Positions 39,856 to 47,612 of a stretch of 64,000 bases of DNA are shown in pieces; the stretch's first letter is position 1, and every line of letters begins with the position of its first letter. The notes beneath the pieces are model-generated. The model saw only the letters and a list, made by a program, of their open reading frames with translations. It made no database searches and had not been told where the DNA came from. The stretch comes from Patescibacteria group bacterium (GTDB lineage Bacteria; Patescibacteriota; Patescibacteriia; 2-12-FULL-60-25), in the NCBI GenBank assembly GCA_031082005.1, contig JAVHLR010000001.1:127251-191250 (forward strand), read 5' to 3'. Both the position numbers and the translations under genes were made by a program.

Positions 39856-40116
39856 TCAGGCGGACTGGGCGAGGTACGGCTTGAGGCTGCGGCGCAGTGC
39901 GGATTCCGTGTAGACCTCTTGCGGCCGTCCGGGTAGCTCGACGACGAACACTTCTTCATCGCCGGCATCCTCGAAAGTCGCGCCTTCATCGCGTGCGATC
40001 TCGATGACATCGTCGACCATCTCTACTGTCATGTCGCATGCATCATCGAAGCGGATGCAGGACACGGCTCCGTAGCTGAAGTATTGGGCATTTGAATTTA
40101 CGAGCTTGTATCCCAT
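39856..40116 (-). CDS. small acidic hypothetical protein (86 aa)
   Basis: ORF bounded by module D and the next gene. Confidence 0.4.
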   Translation of the reverse strand: MGYKLVNSNAQYFSYGAVSCIRFDDACDMTVEMVDDVIEIARDEGATFEDAGDEEVFVVELPGRPQEVYTESALRRSLKPYLAQSA

Positions 40117-40138
40117 CTTTCATCCTCCCTGGTTCGTT

Positions 40139-40468
40139 TCAGCGCGGATATCCGTAGTTGTACTGCGGTGTCGTCGTTGGTGGTCTGCAGATCCAGGTGC
40201 TCGTCGCGTTGTCGTACACCGGCTGGACTTCTATGCCATTGCAGATGCATCTGACGGAGCTCGAGAACATTGTCTGCACGGCTTGCACCGAGCAACTGTA
40301 TGCGTACACCGACTGACCTTGGCCGCCAGCAAAACTCGTATTGCCGCTTTGCGCGTATGCCGAGCCACCCGGTCCAGAGACAGCAGTTGCATCACCGCCG
40401 CGCACAGACATCTGCTGACGACAGCCCGCCGCGACCAACGCGATACACACGATGAGAACCTTATTCAT
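40139..40468 (-). CDS. small Cys-containing lipoprotein
   Basis: MNKVLIVCIALVAAG|C lipobox. 109 aa. Confidence 0.5.
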   Translation of the reverse strand: MNKVLIVCIALVAAGCRQQMSVRGGDATAVSGPGGSAYAQSGNTSFAGGQGQSVYAYSCSVQAVQTMFSSSVRCICNGIEVQPVYDNATSTWICRPPTTTPQYNYGYPR

Positions 40469-40655
40469 GGTCTAATTCCCCGCTGTTTTTAGTGAACGAG
40501 CTGCCGCCATTCAAGCAGTTTTGGTCAAAAAAGTCAATAGTCGTTGGTCAACATACAGGTATCATTTCCAAGAATATTTAAACAAGAAAACGATCGTGTT
40601 CTAAAAATTTTACTCGATTTGCGTTTAGCGCTATGACATGATAGCTATATGATAT

Positions 40656-40994
40656 ATGGGATCGAACGATAAGCAGGAAATCTTGGAGGCCATAAGTCTT
40701 CTAGCTCAACACATCCAGACGGTCGCGGATGATGTTCATATACTGAAAGGCGATGTTCAGACTATGAAAGGTGACATCCTTACTATGAAAGGTGATATCC
40801 GGACCATGAAGTCTTCTATGGTTACTAAGAGCTACCTTGATGACAAGTTGGCTGATTTGCGCGGAGATTTAGTTGCGTTGGCACGAAAATCAAACACCAA
40901 GTTCGCTGTTTTAGTTGAAGAGCTTGTCCTCAAAGGAACGATTAAACGTGAAGTTGCTGACAAGATCCTAGCCCTTGAGCCGTTTCCCGCGTAG
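40656..40994 (+). CDS. hypothetical coiled-coil protein with heptapeptide repeats
   Basis: LKGDVQT MKGDILT MKGDIRT MKSSMVT repeat units. Confidence 0.45.
   Translation: MGSNDKQEILEAISLLAQHIQTVADDVHILKGDVQTMKGDILTMKGDIRTMKSSMVTKSYLDDKLADLRGDLVALARKSNTKFAVLVEELVLKGTIKREVADKILALEPFPA
40743..40826 (+). repeat. 21-nt tandem repeat x3-4 (coding)
   Basis: ctgaaaggcgatgttcagact / atgaaaggtgacatccttact / atgaaaggtgatatccggacc / atgaagtcttctatggttact. Confidence 0.8.
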
Positions 40995-41083
40995 TCGTGA
41001 TTTTTGACGAGAAACAAAAAAAGAAGGGCGGCTAGTCGAGAGACTACCGCCCACGAGTATTTTGTCTGCGACTATGCGTCGCT

Positions 41084-41764
41084 TCAGTTCGTATTGCCAC
41101 CCTTCGGCGGCTTCACGAGTTGGATACGTGGCTGGATGCTTGTTTCGTCGACCACGCCGTCCTTCATGATGAGGGTGTTCCCGCACTTCTTGCAGGTGGT
41201 ACGGATGGTCTTCCCGCGCACCTTACCTGCTTTGATTGCGTATTCTGTTGCGCAAATTGGGCATTGGAAGCGGATAAACTCCGCGTTTTGCTCTGCGAGC
41301 TCGTCAGACAAGCCCAACGAATCGTGTATCACCTGATCTAGAACCGCTTCCGTCTCCTGCCAGCTCTCCATGAGCTCGGCCGTTCCGGCCCGCAACATGT
41401 AGTAGAGCCGATAGACATCCTCGAGCTTGGGGCCATGGATACGCATCTTGCGCCAGCCCTGTTTGTCGCGGTTGTGGTCCACGACGGCTTCGGCTGTCTG
41501 GAAGATGTAGCGTCCCAGCATCTTGGTCGGGCTGTCCGGCGGCAGATGTGCGTGCCAGCTGAAGGCGTCCACGAGGGCTCGGAGTCCAAAGGGGACCAGA
41601 GAAGACATCGGCCCAGTGTCGTTGCGCACCTCGTAGTACGGCCTTCCGTCAGGATCCAGATAGACTTTGCAACCGTTCAGGTTTCCGACTCCTCGGACCC
41701 GTGCTACCTGATCCTTGACCAATTGGGTGTACGCCTCTTCGTTCAACAGAATGTGCAATGCCAT
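41084..41764 (-). CDS. hypothetical protein with C-terminal MJ0042-type zinc ribbon
   Basis: FQCPICATEYAIKAGKVRGKTIRTTCKKCGNTLIM. Confidence 0.45.
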   Translation of the reverse strand: MALHILLNEEAYTQLVKDQVARVRGVGNLNGCKVYLDPDGRPYYEVRNDTGPMSSLVPFGLRALVDAFSWHAHLPPDSPTKMLGRYIFQTAEAVVDHNRDKQGWRKMRIHGPKLEDVYRLYYMLRAGTAELMESWQETEAVLDQVIHDSLGLSDELAEQNAEFIRFQCPICATEYAIKAGKVRGKTIRTTCKKCGNTLIMKDGVVDETSIQPRIQLVKPPKGGNTN

Positions 41765-41924
41765 GTGGCATCATCCTTCCTGCTGCCGCATGCGTCGGGA
41801 TCCCCTTGGGGAAAAGTCCGTACGTTTACGGTCAGCGGTCGCGCTCCGGATGATTCCGGAGGATGGATATAGTGAATCAAGCTTTGAGTGTTCAGTCAAA
41901 CAGGCTGAATATAGAGGTACTTTG

Positions 41925-41933
41925 TGTTATAAT
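41925..41933 (+). promoter_or_regulatory. extended -10 promoter element (TGtTATAAT)
   Basis: tgttataat. The ATG at 41940 begins 7 nt after the last T. Confidence 0.45.
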
Positions 41934-41939
41934 CCAACC

Positions 41940-42119
41940 ATGCCGCAGCGGAGGAAGAAGCGGATTAGCCGCCTGAAGCAACTCGAACTTGAAAAATCTC
42001 CTGTCGAGACTGACTTGAGATATTGGCTGCACCATATTTTTCACTGGCATCTTTTGCTGCTCGTGACTTGCGCCATATTGTTCATGGGTTATTCGACGCA
42101 ATTTGATTATCACTATTAG
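41940..42119 (+). CDS. small membrane protein (59 aa), probably leaderless
   Basis: MPQRRKKRISRLKQLELEK...WHLLLLVTCAILFMGY. It is the C-terminal part of track ORF 41715..42119, whose upstream part overlaps the 41084..41764 gene. Confidence 0.4.
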   Translation: MPQRRKKRISRLKQLELEKSPVETDLRYWLHHIFHWHLLLLVTCAILFMGYSTQFDYHY

Positions 42120-42156
42120 TGTTCAATACCTATCCACAGCTTATCAATATGTGTGT

Positions 42157-42179
42157 CGAGCTGAAAAAGCTCGATTTTG
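42157..42179 (+). terminator. intrinsic terminator
   Basis: Stem tcgagct/agctcga with loop gaaaa, followed by tttt. Confidence 0.5.
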
Positions 42180-42322
42180 TATCTAAAAATAGATGTATTT
42201 CAGTTAATCCTTGTTTGACTATAAAATAGTATTACAACATCGATCGTCGCTCTTTACCCACCCACTTCAAAACCATTTACGATCGGTGAAAAGAAAACAA
42301 AAACAAAAAAACAGACCGTTCA

Positions 42323-42363
42323 CTCCCTGCCCTAGTAAACCTGTTCGTTACTAGGGCAGGGGG
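42323..42363. other. long near-perfect hairpin / inverted repeat
   Basis: ccctgccctagtaa (42325-42338) pairs with ttactagggcaggg (42348-42361), 14 bp perfect and extendable to about 16 bp, with a 9-nt loop. Confidence 0.8.
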
Positions 42364-42471
42364 ATGAGCGAGTGTGTTTTGCCCGAAGGCCTGATGTGGC
42401 TATTAGCGGGCTATTTTTCGTGTGTCACCGATCCAATAGAGCGAGCGTGCTGTATAATGCACTTTGATGCT

Positions 42472-43278
42472 ATGTCGAGAAAAAGAATATTAGATGATGT
42501 TGCTATGGAATCGGATGACCAGGTACTAGGAGGCGTTTCATCTGGCAACGGAGAACTCAAAAAAGGGCGACCATACAGTAACCTGTTCAGTCTTGGGCTG
42601 ATTACTGTCATGCTTGTCTGCGCGATGGCTTTGGGGTTTAAGCAGATGATATCGCCTCGCATTCAGACGCCGACCGAAAACAATCCGATTTCTGCTCCTG
42701 TTGATGTTTCGCAGCCAGAGACACAGGATTTAGTTGCGCTTGTTGCTCGGCATGTATCGGTAGATGCAGCAACGATACCGACCATAAATAAACTTGATGA
42801 TATCGATTCTTTGCGCGAAAAGGATCCAGCTTTTTACCAGTCTGCCCAAAAAGGAGACCTACTGTTCATCTGGGCCGATAAAATTGTCCTTTATTCCGTA
42901 TCAAAAGATCTAGTCCTCTCTGTTTTGCCGATTTCAGCTCCTTCCGGCGATGTGACGAACGTATCCTCTGACGGGCAAGCGGTCGAAAAAACGACAATTG
43001 AGGTCAGGAATGGCGCCGGAAAAGCGGGCATCGCAAAAACCGTGGCAGAAAAACTGGCGAATCTCGGATTTTCCGCACTTTCGCCCGCCAATGCAGCAAG
43101 GAACGACTACCCCTTAACCCTGGTCATTAAACTGACTGAACAGAACGTTACGCAGGCGCAATCATTGCTGCTCAATCAACTTGACGTATCAGATGTCACC
43201 TCGACTTTTCCCACCGGAGAAAAGGAAAGTTCGGCTGATTTTGTGGTAATTTTAGGCCAAGACGCGATAAACGAATGA
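42472..43278 (+). CDS. membrane-anchored LytR_C (LytR/CpsA/Psr C-terminal) domain protein
   Basis: One TM helix (LGLITVMLVCAMALGF). C-terminus IEVRNGAGKAGIAKTVAEKLANLGF...VVILGQD. The Met at 42472 is preferred over the track start at 42364. Confidence 0.6.
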   Translation: MSRKRILDDVAMESDDQVLGGVSSGNGELKKGRPYSNLFSLGLITVMLVCAMALGFKQMISPRIQTPTENNPISAPVDVSQPETQDLVALVARHVSVDAATIPTINKLDDIDSLREKDPAFYQSAQKGDLLFIWADKIVLYSVSKDLVLSVLPISAPSGDVTNVSSDGQAVEKTTIEVRNGAGKAGIAKTVAEKLANLGFSALSPANAARNDYPLTLVIKLTEQNVTQAQSLLLNQLDVSDVTSTFPTGEKESSADFVVILGQDAINE

Positions 43279-43382
43279 ACAGCCCGTGTTCAACGCGGAT
43301 TTTCTAATTTTTCATCAGCCACGGAGGTTGACTTTTTGTCTAAATCTTGACAATATCTGCTCACGTTCTTTTGAGGTGCACC

Positions 43383-44147
43383 ATGTCAAACAACAGGGCG
43401 GAAGAGCTGTTTTGGGATGTGTATGCGAGGCTGTATGACGACCTCGCAGGGCTTCTGCCTTACCGGCAGGAGATGGACGAAATCGTGAACGCGCTCGAGC
43501 GTATCCTTGCATCGGACGATGATCCGGGTGCCGAAGCCGGAGTAAGATCGGAGCTGACGCTGCTTGACGCTGCCTGTGGCACCGGCTACATGCTCGACAA
43601 GCTCTCTCAAGTCACGACGGGCGTCCGATTTGTCGGGGTTGACCGCTCGAAGGCCATGCTCAAACGTGCTTCGCGCCGCGTACAGACTTGCCGGCCGGCC
43701 AAGCTGCTCTTGGATGCAGACCTCGACGGTAAACTGCCTTTCCAGGACGGGAGCTTCGACGTCGTGAGTAGCGTGAATACGCTCTATGCACTGCAGGACC
43801 CGGACGTCTTCTTGACGGAGATCCGACGTGTGCTGAAGCCTGGAGGCACGGTCCTCATCGTTAACCCGTGGAAGCCTAAGCTTTTACCCATCTGGCGTGA
43901 GCACTTTGCGACGCTCGCTGAACGGCGCGACGAGCGGGAGTATCTGCGGACTGCGCTGCTCATGCCGTCCTTCCTCGCTATCACGGCGATCAACACCGTC
44001 ATCGCGCGCCGCGCCAAGGGGAAGGTTTATCACTTCCTCGAACCGGGCGAGCTCGCCCATCTCGTCCAAGCCAACGGATTCGTCATTGAGACGTTGCGCT
44101 ACGAGATCTACGCCGGCACTTGCTGTATGATTATCGCCCGCGGTTGA
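43383..44147 (+). CDS. class I SAM-dependent methyltransferase
   Basis: Motif I LLDAACGTGYM, post-I VGVDRS, and LKPGGTVLIVNP. The Met at 43383 is preferred over the track start at 43347. Confidence 0.75.
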   Translation: MSNNRAEELFWDVYARLYDDLAGLLPYRQEMDEIVNALERILASDDDPGAEAGVRSELTLLDAACGTGYMLDKLSQVTTGVRFVGVDRSKAMLKRASRRVQTCRPAKLLLDADLDGKLPFQDGSFDVVSSVNTLYALQDPDVFLTEIRRVLKPGGTVLIVNPWKPKLLPIWREHFATLAERRDEREYLRTALLMPSFLAITAINTVIARRAKGKVYHFLEPGELAHLVQANGFVIETLRYEIYAGTCCMIIARG

Positions 44148-44265
44148 CTCACCAAGCCTCGCTTCACGCGAGGCTTCGACGTTTTACGCTAGTGTGGAAT
44201 CGGAATGCGTGATATTATTTTCGCCGCTCGTTCGCTCTTTCCACCCGAATGAAACGGAGCCGCAA

Positions 44266-44976
44266 ATGTCGACCAGTAGTTCTTGCCGCAAAACCGACGC
44301 AGCTTCGTTCTGCGTCGCCGGCAAATCAGCATCAGACTCCGGCGACTACCCCGTGGTCGCAGTGGAGCTGGTTCCCGGTTCGTTCCGGATGTCGATTCCG
44401 GATCGCAGCAACCCCGTCTACACGATTGACGTCGCGGTGACGGATGATGACATCAGGAAGACCTTCGAGATGAGGTACGGGGAGTTCTGCGTCAATATGA
44501 ACTCCCTGCCTCCCGAGGACTATCCTGACCATATCGAGACGGACGAATTCGATCGCGATGCCGTCCACTTCATCGCCCGCTATCGTGGGAATCCCGTGGG
44601 ATGTTTCAGGGTCATTTTCCCCGGCACCAAACCCTATCTCATGGAACGGGGTCCTGACGGTTTCAAGATCGAGAGCTGGTTTCCTCGAAACACTTCGTGC
44701 GAATTGTCGCGCATGGTCGGAAAACGGATCATCGATCCCGAGATCGGGGAGATCTGGCAATCGGAGCTGCTTTACGCAGCCGTCTGCTACTGGTGCGTTG
44801 AGCACGGCTTCACCCACTGGGCCTTCGCCATCCGCGAGCGCTTCTTCGACAGGCTAAGGCAGCTCGAATGGCCGTTTTTCCCCCTCTCGCCTCCGCGGAT
44901 GTATCACGGGATCGTCGCTTACCCCGTGATCGTCAACCTCCACGACTTTCTGCGGATACTGCTTCTCCGCAAGTAG
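44266..44976 (+). CDS. GNAT-fold N-acyl amino acid synthase-like protein (FeeM / PEP-CTERM-associated acyltransferase pattern)
   Basis: MRYGEFCVNM...ETDEFDRDAVHFIARYRGNPVGCFRVI...CELSRMV...RMYHGIVAYP matches the family pattern by eye. The ATG at 44266 lies within the GTG-started track ORF. Confidence 0.55.
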   Translation: MSTSSSCRKTDAASFCVAGKSASDSGDYPVVAVELVPGSFRMSIPDRSNPVYTIDVAVTDDDIRKTFEMRYGEFCVNMNSLPPEDYPDHIETDEFDRDAVHFIARYRGNPVGCFRVIFPGTKPYLMERGPDGFKIESWFPRNTSCELSRMVGKRIIDPEIGEIWQSELLYAAVCYWCVEHGFTHWAFAIRERFFDRLRQLEWPFFPLSPPRMYHGIVAYPVIVNLHDFLRILLLRK

Positions 44977-45055
44977 TCCCTCCTATCCGACCCCTCCGGC
45001 TCTCGCGGAGGGGTTACTCGTATCTGCGTGTGATATAATGAAGACGTAGAAAATT

Positions 45056-47167
45056 ATGCTTTGGTTGAATGTTCTTCTTTTTTTTACTTTCATAGTAAAC
45101 GCCCTGTTGGGATTACTGATCTTTTTAAAGGCGCCAAAAAAGACTACTCATCGGTCGTTCGCGTTATTTTCGTTCATCGGCGTGGCTGGATGGAATTTTT
45201 CTATATTCGCTACGATCATGGAGGTCGGCTCTCCCTTGTTCTGGGGCAGGATAGCCTGGACATTCGCTGCATTCATCGCCGCCGGTCTTTTGTGGTTCAT
45301 TCATGTTTTCCCCGAACCGACGAAGCATTGGAAAGCCTGGCGTAATTTTTCTTTGATTTCCGGTTCGTTTTTCGCTTTTCTTGGCGGTTCTCCTTGGATG
45401 GTGAAGAGCGTCACGGTAGTCGACGGATACATCACGGGTGTGATCGTGCCGCTGCCTTATCTCGCGTGGGACGTCTTCTTCCTGTCTTCTCTGTTGTTCG
45501 CGATGATCTATTCATGGTATAGGACTGTAAAGGCGCACGGCCTCCTGAAAAACCAACTTAGAAGCGTGACTTTGGGGATTACCTTTTTTCTGGTCCCTTT
45601 CTTGACTACGAATATCGTCCTACCGCTCTTCGCCAACGATTTTCGCTGGAATAATCTGGGCCCCGTCTTCACCCTCTTCCTCATCGGCTTCACTGCACAT
45701 GCCATAATCAGCTATCGCTTCCTCGAGATCCGCTGGGTCATCAAGAAATCTTTTGATTTCATTTTCCTCTGGCTCTTGTCTTTCGTCATCATCTTCAGCT
45801 TTGATTATTTCCTCCGTCATTCGACCAATTTCCTGGTGCCGAGCCTGGTCTCTTCTTTCATCACGGCGATGCTCTTTGTCCCGGTCGCGCAATATATCTC
45901 CAAACTGACGGCAAAAGCCACGTCACGCGGCAGTTACGTCTATGAAGACGCGATCTCGGACATCTCGGACACGGTCAATAACTCCCTCGGCCTGGAGAAG
46001 TTGATGGACAACCTGACCGACAAGCTACAGGAATATTTCGGTTTCGCACGCGTCGGTCTGCTGACCTTCAGCTCGCAGAACGCCGCAACGCCATTGAAGG
46101 CGATCAACCGCGGTTTCGGCCGTGAAATCTACAAAGCCCTGACCCAGGGGATCTATTTCTGCGAGACCAAGAATCGTCAGATCCTTGAAGCCAGCGAACT
46201 GAAGTGGCGCTTGGCCAATGACATCAGGGGTGATGATCCGGAATGCGACAGGCAGATCATCAAATTCATGCAGGACAATAAGGTTGAAGTCATGATGCCG
46301 TTTTTTGCTGACGGCGAAATGGTGGCTCTAGGGTTTTTCGGCGAGAAGAAAGATAAGTCGATCCTGTCCAAGCGTGACATCATGCTGCTCGATGTGATCC
46401 GCGACACGGCCGCACCGGCCACTATGGGCGGCGTCAGGTACGAAGAGATCCGTCGCCTGTATAAGCAGTTGAGCAGCGTCGATAAGGTAAAGAGTGATTT
46501 CATCGAGGTCGTATCGCATCAGTTCCGCACGCCGCTGACCGCCATCCTGTGGAACTCCGAAATTGCTCTTGAGGGCAAGCGCATACCGGCCGATACGCGG
46601 GATAATCTGCATGAAATCCGCCAGCGCTCCTTATACCTTAGCTCGACCTTGAACAATATCCTCGATCTGCTCGCTATGGAGAACAATCAGCTTTCCATGG
46701 AGAAGAAGCTCGTTGATCTGCGTAAGCTGGCAGAAAGCGTAGTACGCGACTTGGATGCGACGAACAAGAAGAGGGGAGTGAAGATAGTCGCGAAACTGGA
46801 ACCGGCTTTGGTGAACGGCGACGCGGATAAGCTTACCCGTGTCTTGCGCACCCTGCTCGAGAACGCCTGCCAATACAGTAGAGACGACGGAAAGGTGACT
46901 ATCGACATCAGGACAGACAAAACTTCGGATAAAGTCGAGATTATCGTCACGGATAGCGGTTCCGGCATCAAGGAACAGGACCTGCCGCACGTCTTCGACC
47001 GCTTCTTCCGTTCGCAGGAGGCCATCAAGACGACAGCAGACGGAACCGGAGTCAGTCTTTACTTGGCGAAGCATTTCATCGAGAAACATAAGGGCACCAT
47101 CAGCCTGAAGAGCCGCATCGGTAAAGGCAGTGAGTTTACCGTGACCTTGCCGTTGGCGGAGATCTAG
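45056..47167 (+). CDS. multi-pass membrane sensor histidine kinase
   Basis: About 8 N-terminal TM helices, a central GAF-like region, H-box SHQFRTPLTAILW, N box LLENACQYS, and G boxes DSGSGI / GTGVSLYL. Confidence 0.85.
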   Translation: MLWLNVLLFFTFIVNALLGLLIFLKAPKKTTHRSFALFSFIGVAGWNFSIFATIMEVGSPLFWGRIAWTFAAFIAAGLLWFIHVFPEPTKHWKAWRNFSLISGSFFAFLGGSPWMVKSVTVVDGYITGVIVPLPYLAWDVFFLSSLLFAMIYSWYRTVKAHGLLKNQLRSVTLGITFFLVPFLTTNIVLPLFANDFRWNNLGPVFTLFLIGFTAHAIISYRFLEIRWVIKKSFDFIFLWLLSFVIIFSFDYFLRHSTNFLVPSLVSSFITAMLFVPVAQYISKLTAKATSRGSYVYEDAISDISDTVNNSLGLEKLMDNLTDKLQEYFGFARVGLLTFSSQNAATPLKAINRGFGREIYKALTQGIYFCETKNRQILEASELKWRLANDIRGDDPECDRQIIKFMQDNKVEVMMPFFADGEMVALGFFGEKKDKSILSKRDIMLLDVIRDTAAPATMGGVRYEEIRRLYKQLSSVDKVKSDFIEVVSHQFRTPLTAILWNSEIALEGKRIPADTRDNLHEIRQRSLYLSSTLNNILDLLAMENNQLSMEKKLVDLRKLAESVVRDLDATNKKRGVKIVAKLEPALVNGDADKLTRVLRTLLENACQYSRDDGKVTIDIRTDKTSDKVEIIVTDSGSGIKEQDLPHVFDRFFRSQEAIKTTADGTGVSLYLAKHFIEKHKGTISLKSRIGKGSEFTVTLPLAEI

Positions 47168-47188
47168 CCGCACAGGGTCATATTTTTA

Positions 47189-47217
47189 TTTACACTGCCG
47201 CTTTTACCGGGTATAAT
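47189..47217 (+). promoter_or_regulatory. sigma70-type promoter in front of the RR-pil operon
   Basis: TTTACA (47189-47194), 17-nt spacer, TATAAT (47212-47217). The ATG at 47226 is only 8 nt downstream. Confidence 0.5.
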
Positions 47218-47225
47218 CGTTGCAT

Positions 47226-47612
47226 ATGGCGAAAAAATCAGCTGCGTTGATACTTGTTGTTGAGGATGACAAATTCTTGCTTAAAGCGTTGTCTGCCAAG
47301 CTCAAATCTTCCGGCTTCGAAGTCGGCACAGCGGTGGACGGAGACGAGGGATTGAAGTTCCTGGCGCACAACAAACCGGACCTCATATTGCTCGACTTGA
47401 TCATGCCCAAAAAAAACGGTTTTGAGTTTCTGGAGGAGGCGCGAGCCAGTAAGACGCTGCTCAAATGTCCGGTTGTGATACTCACCAACCTAGGTCAGGA
47501 AAGCGACATCAAGAAGGGTCTGGATCTTGGCGCGCAGGACTACTTGGTCAAGACGAAATTTTCATTGCAGCAGGTGGTCGAGATGGTCAACAAATATCTT
47601 GAGAAAAAATGA
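47226..47612 (+). CDS. single-domain (CheY-like) response regulator
   Basis: LILVVEDD...PDLILLDLIMP...VVILTNLG..K receiver motifs, with no output domain. Its stop overlaps the pilB start (ATGA). Confidence 0.85.
   Translation: MAKKSAALILVVEDDKFLLKALSAKLKSSGFEVGTAVDGDEGLKFLAHNKPDLILLDLIMPKKNGFEFLEEARASKTLLKCPVVILTNLGQESDIKKGLDLGAQDYLVKTKFSLQQVVEMVNKYLEKK

Noticed and set aside
41715-41939. Upstream part of the 134-codon ORF 41715..42119
   Set aside because: It overlaps the 5' end of the convergent-frame gene 41084..41764 and lies upstream of a strong extended -10 box. Only the 59-codon part from ATG 41940 is retained.
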